Shown here piece by piece: positions 10,358 through 19,498 of a stretch of 32,000 nt of DNA. The stretch lies in the NCBI RefSeq assembly GCF_042660085.1, contig NZ_JBHSTI010000002.1, positions 600,001-632,000 of the forward strand. Reading direction: 5' to 3'. The notes under the pieces are model-generated. The model was not told the origin of the DNA and did no database searches. It worked only from the letters and a program-made list of their open reading frames with translations. A program made the position numbers and the translations under genes. The first letter of the stretch is position 1. Each line of letters starts with the position of its first letter. The DNA comes from Longivirga aurantiaca (GTDB lineage: Bacteria; Actinomycetota; Actinomycetes; S36-B12; CAIYMF01).

Positions 10358-11710
10358 GTGCGGCGCCGGATCCTGCTGCTCGTGTTCAGCACCACGCTGT
10401 TCGCGCTGACCCTGCTCGGCGTCGTGCTGATGACCGTGATCTGGCAGATGACGACCGGCGCCGCGCAGTCGCGGGCCGACGGTGCGGCGTCGAAGCTGGC
10501 GACCGACGTGCAGGCGAAGGTGGCACTCGGCGTCAGGCCCACGGTCGAGGACCTCGAGCCGTTCGCGGTGAGCAACGGCGCCTACATCGAGGTCGTGGTG
10601 CCGAAGGACCAGCGGTGGGGCCCGGCGTTCGTCCTCAGCGCGGGGGAGCCGTTCGACGGCGCCGGCTTCGTCGGCACGGCCAAGGACGACTCGGTCACCG
10701 CCACGGTCGCGATCTCGACCGCGTCCAAGGTGCAGCAGGTGGTCGGCCAGGGCCTCATCGTGCTGGCGATCTCGCTCGGCGCGCTCGCCGCCGCCATGGC
10801 GGTGGCGTGGTTCTACACCCGTCGGCTCACCCAGCCGTTCGAGGACTTCAAGGAGTTCATCGCCTCGGTCGCGACGGGCGACCGGCGTGGGCTGAAGAAG
10901 CGCTACGGCCTCGCCGAGATCGACATGGTCGCCGAGGTGCTCGACACCGGCGTGAGCCGCTTCGACCAGATGCTCGAGCGCGAGCGCCAGGCGACGCAGG
11001 ACGCCTCGCACCAGCTGAAGTCACCGCTCACCGCGATCTCGATGCGGCTCGAGGAGATCGCGATGACCGACGATCTCGACGTCGCGCACGAGGAGGCCAC
11101 GGTCGCGCTCGCGCAGGTCGAGCGGCTCGCGGGCGTGGTCGACGAGGTGGTGGGCGTGATGCGCGGCCAGCGCTCGTCGATGCCGGTGGAGTTCGCGGTC
11201 GACTCGATGGTGCGCGACCAGGTGCAGGAGTGGCTGCCGGCGTACCGGGCGGCGGGTCGCGACCTGCGGGTCAGCGGACGGGACGGCATCCGGGTGGTGG
11301 CCGAGCCGGGCGCCCAGGCCCAGGCGCTCGCGACCCTGCTGGAGAACTCGCTCGCCCACGGGGCGGGCATCACGACCGTCAGGATCCGGCTGACCTCGGG
11401 CTGGGCCGTGGTCGAGGTGGCCGACGAGGGCGACGGCGTCGCCCCGGAGCTCGAGGGCCAGGTGTTCGACCGCACGGTGAGCGGGGGCGGCTCGTCCGGG
11501 CTCGGCCTCGCCGTGGCGCGCACCCTCGTGAGCGGCGACGGCGGCCGGCTCGAGCTGATCTCGCCGCGGCCGGCGGTGTTCGCGATCTTCCTGCCCGCGC
11601 TGCCCGAGACCGAGCCCCGGGCGGGGGTGGGGCAGGAGCCTCAGGCCGACGTGGCGATCGCAGCCTCGTCGGCGGCCTCGACGTCCTCCGGGAACACCCA
11701 GCGGCGGTAG
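10358..11710 (+). CDS. Sensor histidine kinase
   Basis: N-terminal TM, second TM, H box DASHQLKSPLTAI, N box LLENSLAHGA, G boxes DEGDGVAP and GSSGLGLAVAR; GTG start 1 nt after the response-regulator stop. Confidence 0.95.
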   Translation: MRRRILLLVFSTTLFALTLLGVVLMTVIWQMTTGAAQSRADGAASKLATDVQAKVALGVRPTVEDLEPFAVSNGAYIEVVVPKDQRWGPAFVLSAGEPFDGAGFVGTAKDDSVTATVAISTASKVQQVVGQGLIVLAISLGALAAAMAVAWFYTRRLTQPFEDFKEFIASVATGDRRGLKKRYGLAEIDMVAEVLDTGVSRFDQMLERERQATQDASHQLKSPLTAISMRLEEIAMTDDLDVAHEEATVALAQVERLAGVVDEVVGVMRGQRSSMPVEFAVDSMVRDQVQEWLPAYRAAGRDLRVSGRDGIRVVAEPGAQAQALATLLENSLAHGAGITTVRIRLTSGWAVVEVADEGDGVAPELEGQVFDRTVSGGGSSGLGLAVARTLVSGDGGRLELISPRPAVFAIFLPALPETEPRAGVGQEPQADVAIAASSAASTSSGNTQRR

Positions 11711-12153
11711 GACCAGAAGCGGAACAGCGTGCCGAGCCCGAGGCCGATCACGTTGGCGCTGATGTTGTCGGCGAGCGCGCTGGTGAAGCCGAGCAGGTAG
11801 TGCGAGATCCAGAGGCAGGCGACCGAGATGGCCATGCCCACGCCGTTGAGCACGAAGAAGAGCAGGTACTCGCGGTGGAAGCTCGTGCGCCCGCGGTGCC
11901 GGAAGGTCCAGTAGCGGTTGCCGAAGTAGGCGAACGTCGTCGCGACCGCAACGCTCACGACCTTGGCCGTGAGGGGCTTGTCGTACATCGGGCCCTCGCC
12001 CCCGGCGAACCGCAGGAGGTTGAACAGGCCGACGTCGATCACGAAGGCGAAGGCGCCGACGACGCCGAACTTCGCGACCTCGTGCCAGAGCTTGTCGACC
12101 TGGTCGATCAGCCCTCGGACGAGACCGCGACGGCTGGGGGTCGTCTCGCTCAC
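11641..12153 (-). CDS. GtrA family membrane protein
   Basis: KFGVVGAFAFVIDVGLFNLLR...TFAYFGNRYWTFRHR...FRFWSYRRWVF, four hydrophobic segments; GTG start at 12153. Confidence 0.9.
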   Translation of the reverse strand: MSETTPSRRGLVRGLIDQVDKLWHEVAKFGVVGAFAFVIDVGLFNLLRFAGGEGPMYDKPLTAKVVSVAVATTFAYFGNRYWTFRHRGRTSFHREYLLFFVLNGVGMAISVACLWISHYLLGFTSALADNISANVIGLGLGTLFRFWSYRRWVFPEDVEAADEAAIATSA

Positions 12154-12259
12154 CGGCTGATGGTACCTGTCGCGCAGGAGGTGCCCGCACTGTGTGAGCG
12201 CTCCCGCTAGCCTCTCCCTGCTCCGCGCACGCGGGGGTTCGGACGCGGCGGAGGACGGC

Positions 12260-13249
12260 GTGAGCGCAGGTCGGAGCGGGTACGACGTCCGGCACGGCAC
12301 CGATCGGGACGTTCCCGGCCTCGCCAGCGTGACGCTCGTCTCGCCCGACGGCGTCGAGGCCGTCTTCGTGCCCGCGGCCGGCATGGTCGGCACCTCGCTC
12401 ACGCTCGACGGCGTGGACGTGCTCGCCCGTCGGGGCGGGATGACGGCGTACCTCGGAAAGGGGTCGACCTTCGGGATCCCGCTGCTCGCCCCCTGGGCCA
12501 ACCGCCTGTCGGCGCCTACGCAGACCGTGGGCGACGCGACCTGGACCGTGGCCGTGGGCGACCCGCGCGTGCACGGCGACGACAACGGGCACCCCATCCA
12601 CGGCCTGCTGGCCGGGGCGGCCGAGTGGGAGGTGGAGCACGCGGGCGCGTCCGACGACGCCGCGGTGCTGCGCGCCCGGCTGCGGTTCGACGAGTCGCTC
12701 GACTGCTTCGCGCAGTTCCCGTTCCGCCACGACCTCGTGGTGACGGTCGAGCTCGCCGGCACGGTGCTGCGGGTGACCACCGAGCTCGACGCAGTGGGGG
12801 AGCGGGCCGTGCCGGTGTCCTTCGGCTGGCACCCGTGGTTCGACTTCCCGGACGTGCCCCGCGCCCAGTGGGAGGTACACGGTCCGCTGCACCGCCGCGC
12901 CACCCTCGACGCCGAGAACATCCCGACCGGCGAGGTCGCCGAGACCCCGCTGCCGGAGGGGGCGCTCGGCGACGCCTTCCTCGACGACGTGTTCCTCGAG
13001 GTGCCCGACGGCACCGAGGTCACCGTCGCGGCCGGCCCGCGGGAGGTGGTCGTGCGCTACGTCCAGGGGTACGACGTGGCCGTCGTGTTCGCGCCGCTCA
13101 TCATCGACACCGTGTGCGTGGAGCCGATGACCGCGCCGACCGACCCGTTCCGCGGCTGGTGGCCGCTGCGCACCTGCGAGCCGGGCGAGGCCGTGACGGC
13201 GGTCTACGAGATCGAGCTCCGACGGCGTCCCACTAGGCTCGGGGAGTGA
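12260..13249 (+). CDS. Aldose 1-epimerase family protein
   Basis: GMTAYLGKGSTFGIPLLAPWANRL, HPIHGLL, GWHPWFDFP motifs; GTG start at 12260 chosen, frame opens at 12194. Confidence 0.87.
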   Translation: MSAGRSGYDVRHGTDRDVPGLASVTLVSPDGVEAVFVPAAGMVGTSLTLDGVDVLARRGGMTAYLGKGSTFGIPLLAPWANRLSAPTQTVGDATWTVAVGDPRVHGDDNGHPIHGLLAGAAEWEVEHAGASDDAAVLRARLRFDESLDCFAQFPFRHDLVVTVELAGTVLRVTTELDAVGERAVPVSFGWHPWFDFPDVPRAQWEVHGPLHRRATLDAENIPTGEVAETPLPEGALGDAFLDDVFLEVPDGTEVTVAAGPREVVVRYVQGYDVAVVFAPLIIDTVCVEPMTAPTDPFRGWWPLRTCEPGEAVTAVYEIELRRRPTRLGE

Positions 13250-14430
13250 CTTCGTCCGTCGACGCCCACGTCGCGCCCGGGTTCCCCGTCGTGGGTGTGA
13301 TCGGGGGCGGCCAGCTCGCCCGCATGCTGCAGCAGCCTGCCATCGCGCTCGGCGTCGGCCTGCGCGTGCTCGCCACCTCGATGCAGGAGAGCGCGGCCCA
13401 GGCCGTGCGCGACGTGCGGCTCGGCAACCACGACGACCTCGACGACCTGCGCCGGTTCGCGGCCGGGTGCGACGTCATCACGTTCGACCACGAGCACGTG
13501 CCGCCGCTGCTCCTGAAGACGCTCGAGGACGAGGGCGTCGCCGTACGCCCCGGGGGCCGGGCGCTCGTGCACGCGCAGGACAAGATCATCATGCGCGAGG
13601 CGCTCACCGCCGCCGGTGTGCCGTGCCCGCGCTGGGCCGCGATCGACGAGGTCGAGCAGCTCGAGGCGTTCGGCGCCGAGGCCGGGTGGCCCCTGGTTCT
13701 CAAGACCTCGCGCGGCGGGTACGACGGCCGCGGCGTCTGGGTGGTCGGCTCGTACGCCGAGGCGTCCGCGCTCATCGCGTCGACCGCGCTCAACCCGGGC
13801 GCCCGCTGGCTCGCGGAGGAGAAGGTCGACTTCGTGCAGGAGCTGTCGGCGCAGGTCGCCCGCAGCCCGCACGGCCAGGCCGTGGCCTACCCCGTCGTCC
13901 GCACCGTGCAGACCAACGGCATCTGCACCGAGGTCGTCGCGCCGGCTCCCGGCCTCACCGACGACGAGGCTGTCGCCGCGCAGCAGGCCGCGCTCACCGT
14001 GGCCAAGGCGCTCGAGGTGGTCGGCATGCTCGCGGTCGAGATGTTCGAGACCCGCGACGGCCGCGTGCTCGTCAACGAGCTCGCCATGCGCCCGCACAAC
14101 TCCGGCCACTGGTCGATCGACGGCGCGGTGACCTCGCAATTCGAGAACCACCTGCGCGCGGTGCTCGACCTGCCGCTCGGCGACCCGTCCGCGATCGCGC
14201 CGTACGCCGTGATGGTCAACGTGCTCGGCGGCGACAAGGAGGACGGCCTCTACCGCGCCTACCTGCACTGCATGGCGCGCGACCCGGGGCTCAAGATCCA
14301 CATGTACGGCAAGGACGTGCGGCCGGGGCGCAAGCTCGGCCACGTGACCGTCGTCGGGGACGACCTCGACGACCTCCTCGGGCGCGCGCACCACGCCGCC
14401 GGCTACCTCACGGGAGTCATCGATGAGTGA
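13246..14430 (+). CDS. purK: 5-(carboxyamino)imidazole ribonucleotide synthase
   Basis: [50 protein letters not shown] motifs of the ATP-grasp PurK family. Confidence 0.96.
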   Translation: MTSSVDAHVAPGFPVVGVIGGGQLARMLQQPAIALGVGLRVLATSMQESAAQAVRDVRLGNHDDLDDLRRFAAGCDVITFDHEHVPPLLLKTLEDEGVAVRPGGRALVHAQDKIIMREALTAAGVPCPRWAAIDEVEQLEAFGAEAGWPLVLKTSRGGYDGRGVWVVGSYAEASALIASTALNPGARWLAEEKVDFVQELSAQVARSPHGQAVAYPVVRTVQTNGICTEVVAPAPGLTDDEAVAAQQAALTVAKALEVVGMLAVEMFETRDGRVLVNELAMRPHNSGHWSIDGAVTSQFENHLRAVLDLPLGDPSAIAPYAVMVNVLGGDKEDGLYRAYLHCMARDPGLKIHMYGKDVRPGRKLGHVTVVGDDLDDLLGRAHHAAGYLTGVIDE

Positions 14431-14956
14431 CGGCCTCACCACCGCGGTCGGCGGAGTGCCGCTCGTCGGCATCGTGATGGGCTCGGACTCCGACTGGCCG
14501 GTCATGAAGGCCGCGGCCGAGGCGCTCGCGGAGTTCGGGGTCGCGCACGAGATCGGCGTGGTCTCCGCGCACCGCATGCCCGAGGAGATGGTCGAGTACG
14601 GCCGCACCGCGATCGACCGCGGCCTGCGCGTGATCATCGCGGGCGCCGGCGGCGCCGCGCACCTGCCCGGCATGCTCGCCTCGCTCACGCCCCTGCCGGT
14701 GATCGGCGTGCCGGTGCCGCTCGCGAACCTCGACGGCATGGACTCGCTGCTCTCGATCGTGCAGATGCCCGCCGGCGTGCCCGTTGCGACCGTGGCGATC
14801 GGCAACGCGCGCAACGCGGGGCTCCTCGCCGTACGCATGCTCGCGGCTGGCGACGACGAGCGCGGCGCCGTGCTGCGTCAGCGCATGGCAGCCTTCCAGG
14901 CCCAGCTCAACCAGAGCGCGAAGGACAAGGGCGCCACCCTCCGCCAATCCCTGTAG
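14423..14956 (+). CDS. purE: 5-(carboxyamino)imidazole ribonucleotide mutase
   Basis: [45 protein letters not shown]; 8-nt overlap with purK. Confidence 0.97.
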   Translation: MSDGLTTAVGGVPLVGIVMGSDSDWPVMKAAAEALAEFGVAHEIGVVSAHRMPEEMVEYGRTAIDRGLRVIIAGAGGAAHLPGMLASLTPLPVIGVPVPLANLDGMDSLLSIVQMPAGVPVATVAIGNARNAGLLAVRMLAAGDDERGAVLRQRMAAFQAQLNQSAKDKGATLRQSL

Positions 14957-14961
14957 GGCTC

Positions 14962-15023
14962 CGAGTTACTGCCCAAATGGACGCTGAAGCGCTGCCTTCA
15001 ACGAACATTTGGGCAGTAACTCG
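14962..15023. terminator. Long perfect palindrome between convergent genes, candidate bidirectional terminator or dispersed palindromic element
   Basis: 18-bp perfect arms CGAGTTACTGCCCAAATG (14962-14979) / CATTTGGGCAGTAACTCG (15006-15023), with a smaller internal TGAAG/CTTCA hairpin. Confidence 0.7.
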
Positions 15024-15029
15024 CGGACT

Positions 15030-15464
15030 TCAGAGGGTGAGGCGGCGGTACTCGATGACGGGGCAGCGGTTCATGACGACGTCGAGGCCGGCATCGCGGG
15101 CGCGGCGGGCTGCGGCCTCGTCGATCACGTCGAGCTGCAGCCACACCGCCTTGGCGCCCACGGCGATCGCGGCGTCGACCACCTCGCCGACGCGGCGGGA
15201 GTTCACGAAGCAGTCGACGACGTCGATCGGTCCCAGCGAGAACGACGCGTCCTCGACCGTCGCGTAGCCCTGCTCGCCGTGCACGGTCTGCGCGCGCGGG
15301 TGCACCGGCACGATCCGCTTGCCGTGCGACTGCAGCACGCGGGCCACGCCGTACGCCGCCCGCTCAGCGTTCTGCGACAGCCCGGCCACGACCCAGATGT
15401 CGGTGTCGCGCAGCAGCCGCTCGGCCGTCGCATCGTCGCCGTACAGGTCGGGGTCGGGGCTCAC
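15030..15464 (-). CDS. CoA-binding domain protein (YccU-like)
   Basis: TDIWVVAGLSQNAERAAYGVARVLQSHGKRIVPVHP and GAKAVWLQLDVIDEAAARRARDAGLDVVMNRCPVIEY. Confidence 0.92.
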   Translation of the reverse strand: MSPDPDLYGDDATAERLLRDTDIWVVAGLSQNAERAAYGVARVLQSHGKRIVPVHPRAQTVHGEQGYATVEDASFSLGPIDVVDCFVNSRRVGEVVDAAIAVGAKAVWLQLDVIDEAAARRARDAGLDVVMNRCPVIEYRRLTL

Positions 15465-15465
15465 C

Positions 15466-16815
15466 TCATCCGCCGACGCGCGGGCGTCCGAGCGCCTTGA
15501 CGTCCCAGCCGGCGGCGACCCAGCGGTCGACGTCGAGCGCGTTGCGGCCCTCGAGCAGCTTCTTGCCGGCGACGAGGGCGCCGATCTCGGCAGGGTCGAG
15601 CTCGCGGTACTCGCGCCACTCGGTGAGGTGCAGCACGACGTCGGCGCCGGCGAGGGCCTCGCGCACGTCGTCGCAGTACTGCGGGCCCGGGCGGGTGCGG
15701 CGCGCGTTGTCGAGCGCCTTCGGGTCGTGCACGCGGACGTCGGCGCCCATCTCGTGCAGCGTGCCGGCGACGTCGAGCGCGGGCGAGTCGCGGATGTCGT
15801 CGCTGTCGGGCTTGAACGCGGCGCCGAGCACGGCGATCCTCTTGCCGGTGACGTCGCCGTCGAGCAGCTCGGTGGCGACGTCGACCGCGCGCTTGCGGCG
15901 GCGCAGGTTGATCGAGTCGACCTCCGAGAGGAACGCCAGTGCCTGGTCGACTCCGAGCTCCTCGGCGCGGGCCATGAAGCCGCGCAGGTCCTTGGGCAGG
16001 CAGCCGCCGCCGAAGCCGACGCCGGCCTGCAGGAAGCGGCGTCCGATGCGTGCGTCGTGGCCGATCGCGTCGGCGAGCGCCACGACGTCGGCGCCGGTGG
16101 CCTCGCACAGCTCGGCCATCGCGTTGATGAAGGAGATCTTGGTGGCGAGGAACGCGTTGGCGGCGTTCTTCACGAGCTGCGCGGTCGCGAGGTCGACGAC
16201 GACCCAGGGCATGCCCTGCTCGAGGATCGGGCCGTAGACCGTCGCGAGCTCCGCGGCGTCGGCGGGGTCGTCGACGCCGACCACCAGGCGGTCGGGGGAG
16301 AGGGTGTCCTTGACCGCGAAGCCCTCGCGCAGGAACTCGGGGTTCCACGCGAGGCGTACGGCGTCGCCCGCCGGGGCGAGCTCGCGAAGCGTGTCGCGCA
16401 CCCACTCGGCGGTGCCGACCGGCACGGTCGACTTGCCGAGGACGAGCGCCGGCTCGGTGAGCAGCGGCGCGAGGTTCTCGACGGCCGAGCGCACGTAGAC
16501 GAGGTCGGCGGCGTTGGAGTCCTTGCGCTGCGGCGTGCCGACGCACAGGAAGATGACGTCGCCGTTGTCGGCGGCCTCCTGGTACGACGTCGTGAAGCGC
16601 AGGCGACCGGTGGCCAGGGTGCGCTCGAGCAGGTCGTCGAGGCCGGGCTCGTAGAACGGGGTGTGCCCGGTGTTGAGCAGCGCCACCTTCGCCTCGTCGA
16701 CGTCGAAGCCGACCACGTCGTGGCCGATCTCCGCCATCGCTGCCGCATGCACCGCCCCCAGGTAGCCGCAGCCGACGACGGTCACACGACGGGGCACGAA
16801 CTCGTTCGACGTCAT
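15466..16815 (-). CDS. ugd: UDP-glucose/nucleotide-sugar 6-dehydrogenase
   Basis: VTVVGCGYLGAVHAAAMAEIGHDVVGFDVD, NPEFLREGFAVKDTLSPDRLVVG, GVGFGGGCLPKDLRGF. Confidence 0.94.
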   Translation of the reverse strand: MTSNEFVPRRVTVVGCGYLGAVHAAAMAEIGHDVVGFDVDEAKVALLNTGHTPFYEPGLDDLLERTLATGRLRFTTSYQEAADNGDVIFLCVGTPQRKDSNAADLVYVRSAVENLAPLLTEPALVLGKSTVPVGTAEWVRDTLRELAPAGDAVRLAWNPEFLREGFAVKDTLSPDRLVVGVDDPADAAELATVYGPILEQGMPWVVVDLATAQLVKNAANAFLATKISFINAMAELCEATGADVVALADAIGHDARIGRRFLQAGVGFGGGCLPKDLRGFMARAEELGVDQALAFLSEVDSINLRRRKRAVDVATELLDGDVTGKRIAVLGAAFKPDSDDIRDSPALDVAGTLHEMGADVRVHDPKALDNARRTRPGPQYCDDVREALAGADVVLHLTEWREYRELDPAEIGALVAGKKLLEGRNALDVDRWVAAGWDVKALGRPRVGG

Positions 16816-16945
16816 CCCTCGACCCTATCCGGGCAGGCGTGTCGAGGGTGTTTCACCCGCACCCGATCGGGGCTCGAGGCCCCGCGCGCGGCGGGGGTTA
16901 CCGGTCGTTAACATCGGGAGCACCGTACGAGAGAAGGTGGCCACC

Positions 16946-18115
16946 ATGGCCGGCAGCAGCGATTTCGACCTGTACCGCCCGCGCGAGGAGCACGACCTGC
17001 TCCGCGAGGCGATCCGGGCACTGGCGACCGACAAGATCGCGCCCCGCGCAGCGGAGATCGACGAGACCCACGAGTTCCCGCACGACGTGCTGGCCGCGCT
17101 GACGGCGTCGGACTTCCACGCGATCCATGTGCCGGAGGAGTACGGCGGCGCCGGTGGCGACGCGCTCGCCGCGTGCATCGTGATCGAGGAGGTCGCACGC
17201 GTCTGCGCGTCGTCGTCCCTCATCCCGGCGGTCAACAAGCTCGGCTCGATGCCCCTGATCCTGGCCGGGTCCGAGGAGATCAAGCAGGCCTACCTGCCGA
17301 GGCTGGCGCGCGGCGAGGGCATGTTCTCCTACGCGCTGTCCGAGCCCGGTGCTGGCTCCGACGCCGGCGGCATGACCACCAAGGCCGTGCGCGACGGCGA
17401 CGACTGGGTGCTCGACGGCGCCAAGCGCTGGATCACCAACGCCGGCGTCTCGGAGTACTACACCGTGATGGTGCTGACCGATCCGGAGAAGCGGACCCAC
17501 GGCGGCATCACGGCGTTCGTGGTGGAGAAGGGCGACGAGGGATTCTCCTTCGGCGCTCCCGAGCGCAAGCTCGGCATCCAGGGCAGCCCCACCCGCGAGC
17601 TCTACTTCGACAACGTGCGCATCCCCGACTCCCGCCGCATCGGCGAGGTCGGGGAGGGCTTCGCGATCGCGATGCAGACCCTCGACCACACGCGCGTGAC
17701 CATCGGCGCGCAGGCAGTCGGGATCGCGCAGGGCGCGCTCGACGCGGCCGCGGCGTACGCCAAGGAGCGCAGCCAGTTCGGCAAGGCGATCGCGGAGTTC
17801 CAGGGCATCCAGTTCATGCTCGCCGACATGGCCATGAAGCTCGAGGCCGCCCGCCAGCTCGTGTACGTCGCTGCCGCCAAGAGCGAGCGCAACGACGCCG
17901 ACCTCACGTTCTTCGGCGCTGCCGCCAAGTGCTTCGCGTCGGACGCCGCGATGGAGATCACCACCGACGCCGTGCAGGTGCTCGGCGGCTACGGCTACGT
18001 GAAGGACTACCCCGTCGAGCGCATGATGCGCGACGCCAAGATCACCCAGATCTACGAAGGCACGAACCAGGTTCAAAGGATCGTGATGGCCAGGAAGCTG
18101 CTCGAGCAGTACTGA
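16946..18115 (+). CDS. Acyl-CoA dehydrogenase
   Basis: SEPGAGSDAGGMTTKA, KRWITNAG, QVLGGYGYVKDYPVERMMRDAKITQIYEGTNQVQRIVMAR; ATG at 16946 with upstream GAGAAGG (frame opens at 16937). Confidence 0.95.
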   Translation: MAGSSDFDLYRPREEHDLLREAIRALATDKIAPRAAEIDETHEFPHDVLAALTASDFHAIHVPEEYGGAGGDALAACIVIEEVARVCASSSLIPAVNKLGSMPLILAGSEEIKQAYLPRLARGEGMFSYALSEPGAGSDAGGMTTKAVRDGDDWVLDGAKRWITNAGVSEYYTVMVLTDPEKRTHGGITAFVVEKGDEGFSFGAPERKLGIQGSPTRELYFDNVRIPDSRRIGEVGEGFAIAMQTLDHTRVTIGAQAVGIAQGALDAAAAYAKERSQFGKAIAEFQGIQFMLADMAMKLEAARQLVYVAAAKSERNDADLTFFGAAAKCFASDAAMEITTDAVQVLGGYGYVKDYPVERMMRDAKITQIYEGTNQVQRIVMARKLLEQY

Positions 18116-18124
18116 CCTGAGCGG

Positions 18125-18337
18125 TCAGAGCCGTCCGCCGGTCGACCACCTGCGTCGCCACGGCACGTCCGGGTTCGGGGCGACGACGAGGGTCTCCAGC
18201 GCGCCGGCCGGCCACCGAGCCTCGGTGCCGGTCCAGTCGAGCAGCTCGTGCTCGACCGAGTCGTCGAGCGGCTGGCCGGCGTCGTCGAACCCGGGCACGG
18301 CGGGGCTGCGCACGATCCCGACCATGCGAGCCGCCAT
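18125..18337 (-). CDS. Small hypothetical protein
   Basis: 70-aa ORF on the opposite strand between two confident genes; plausible composition (VEHELLDWTGTEARWPAGALETLVVAPNPDVPW) but no recognised family. Confidence 0.45.
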   Translation of the reverse strand: MAARMVGIVRSPAVPGFDDAGQPLDDSVEHELLDWTGTEARWPAGALETLVVAPNPDVPWRRRWSTGGRL

Positions 18338-18435
18338 CTCCGCAGCATGGCACCGGCCGGTGCCCTCGGGCGCGTCGACGGCGGATGTCGCCCGTTCGGG
18401 GACACTGCGACGGCAGACGGGGCCATGATCTGCCC

Positions 18436-19401
18436 ATGCGGAGCCTCCGGTGGACGGTGCCCGTGGCTGCGGCCGGGCTGCTCCTGGCCGGCTGCGCCTC
18501 GGGGCCGTCGGCCCCCGCCGAGTCGTCCACGAGCGCGGCTGCCTCGTCGCCCGGGCCCCTGCTGCTCGGTCCGGTCGGCCTGGCGGACGTCGACGGCACC
18601 GCCTGGGTCGCCTGGTCCGCGAGCGGCGTCGTCACGTCGATCGACGCCGACGGGGTGCCGGGGGAACCGGTGCCCGTCGGCGACACCCCGCTGCGGATGG
18701 CGGTGCTCGACGGCTCGCTGTGGGTCACGACCATCGCCGACGGCCGGCTCACCGAGGTCGACCCCGCCACGGGCACCGTCGGGCGCAGCGTCGACATCGG
18801 CGATGAGCCCGAGGGGGTCGTCGCGTTCGACGGCCATCTGTTCGTCGTGCTGCAGAAGGAGGCGGCCCTCGTCGAGGTGGACCCGGCGAGCGGCGAGGTG
18901 GTGGCGCGGTACGACGTCGGGGGTGCTCCCCGGCTCGTGACCGGCGGGCTCGGCTCGCTGTTCGTCACCGACTTCGAGGGCGGTCGCATCGTGCGCGTCA
19001 CGCCGCGCACGGGCAAGGTCACCGCGTCGAAGGTGGCGTGCCCCGGGGCTCAGGACGTCGCGTACGTCGACGGCACGGTCTACGCGAGCTGCATGGACGA
19101 CGACGTCGTGCTCGGGCTCGACCCGGACAGCCTCGCCGAGGTGGCCCGGTTCGCCGTCCCCGGCGACCCGGACGGCCTCGCCGCGGGGGTCGCGGGCAGC
19201 CTGCTGGTCGGGCTGCAGGAGGGCCCGGGCGCGGTGTACGTCGACCTCGGATCGGGTGCGGTGTCGCCCCTGTTCGACGCCGACGCCGGTGGCCTGCGGG
19301 ACCGGTCGAACGTCGACGTGCTCCAGCTCGCCGGGTCGGCGCTCGTGAGCGACGCCCTCGCCGACGCCGTGGTCGTGCTCTCGGTCGAGGGCGCCGGCTG
19401 A
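18436..19401 (+). CDS. Secreted lipoprotein with beta-propeller-like (NHL/YVTN-type) repeats
   Basis: Signal peptide with lipobox LLLAGC; repeated segments such as GRLTEVDPATGTVGRSVDIGDEPEGVVAFDGHLFVV and GGRIVRVTPRTGKVTASKV. Confidence 0.8.
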   Translation: MRSLRWTVPVAAAGLLLAGCASGPSAPAESSTSAAASSPGPLLLGPVGLADVDGTAWVAWSASGVVTSIDADGVPGEPVPVGDTPLRMAVLDGSLWVTTIADGRLTEVDPATGTVGRSVDIGDEPEGVVAFDGHLFVVLQKEAALVEVDPASGEVVARYDVGGAPRLVTGGLGSLFVTDFEGGRIVRVTPRTGKVTASKVACPGAQDVAYVDGTVYASCMDDDVVLGLDPDSLAEVARFAVPGDPDGLAAGVAGSLLVGLQEGPGAVYVDLGSGAVSPLFDADAGGLRDRSNVDVLQLAGSALVSDALADAVVVLSVEGAG

Positions 19402-19498
19402 GCGCGCTCGCCTGATCCTGCGGCAAGGTACGGGTGACCCAGCCATCGGGGGCTTCGACCACCTCGTCGGCGCCGAGAGCGCGGTCCTGAGGGCTTCC

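Noticed and set aside
11021-12892. 623-aa minus-strand ORF covering kinase, GtrA and epimerase genes
   Set aside because: Crosses three real genes on both strands in the wrong frame.
13204-14838. 544-aa minus-strand ORF opposite purK-purE
   Set aside because: Shadow ORF; purK and purE are unambiguous.
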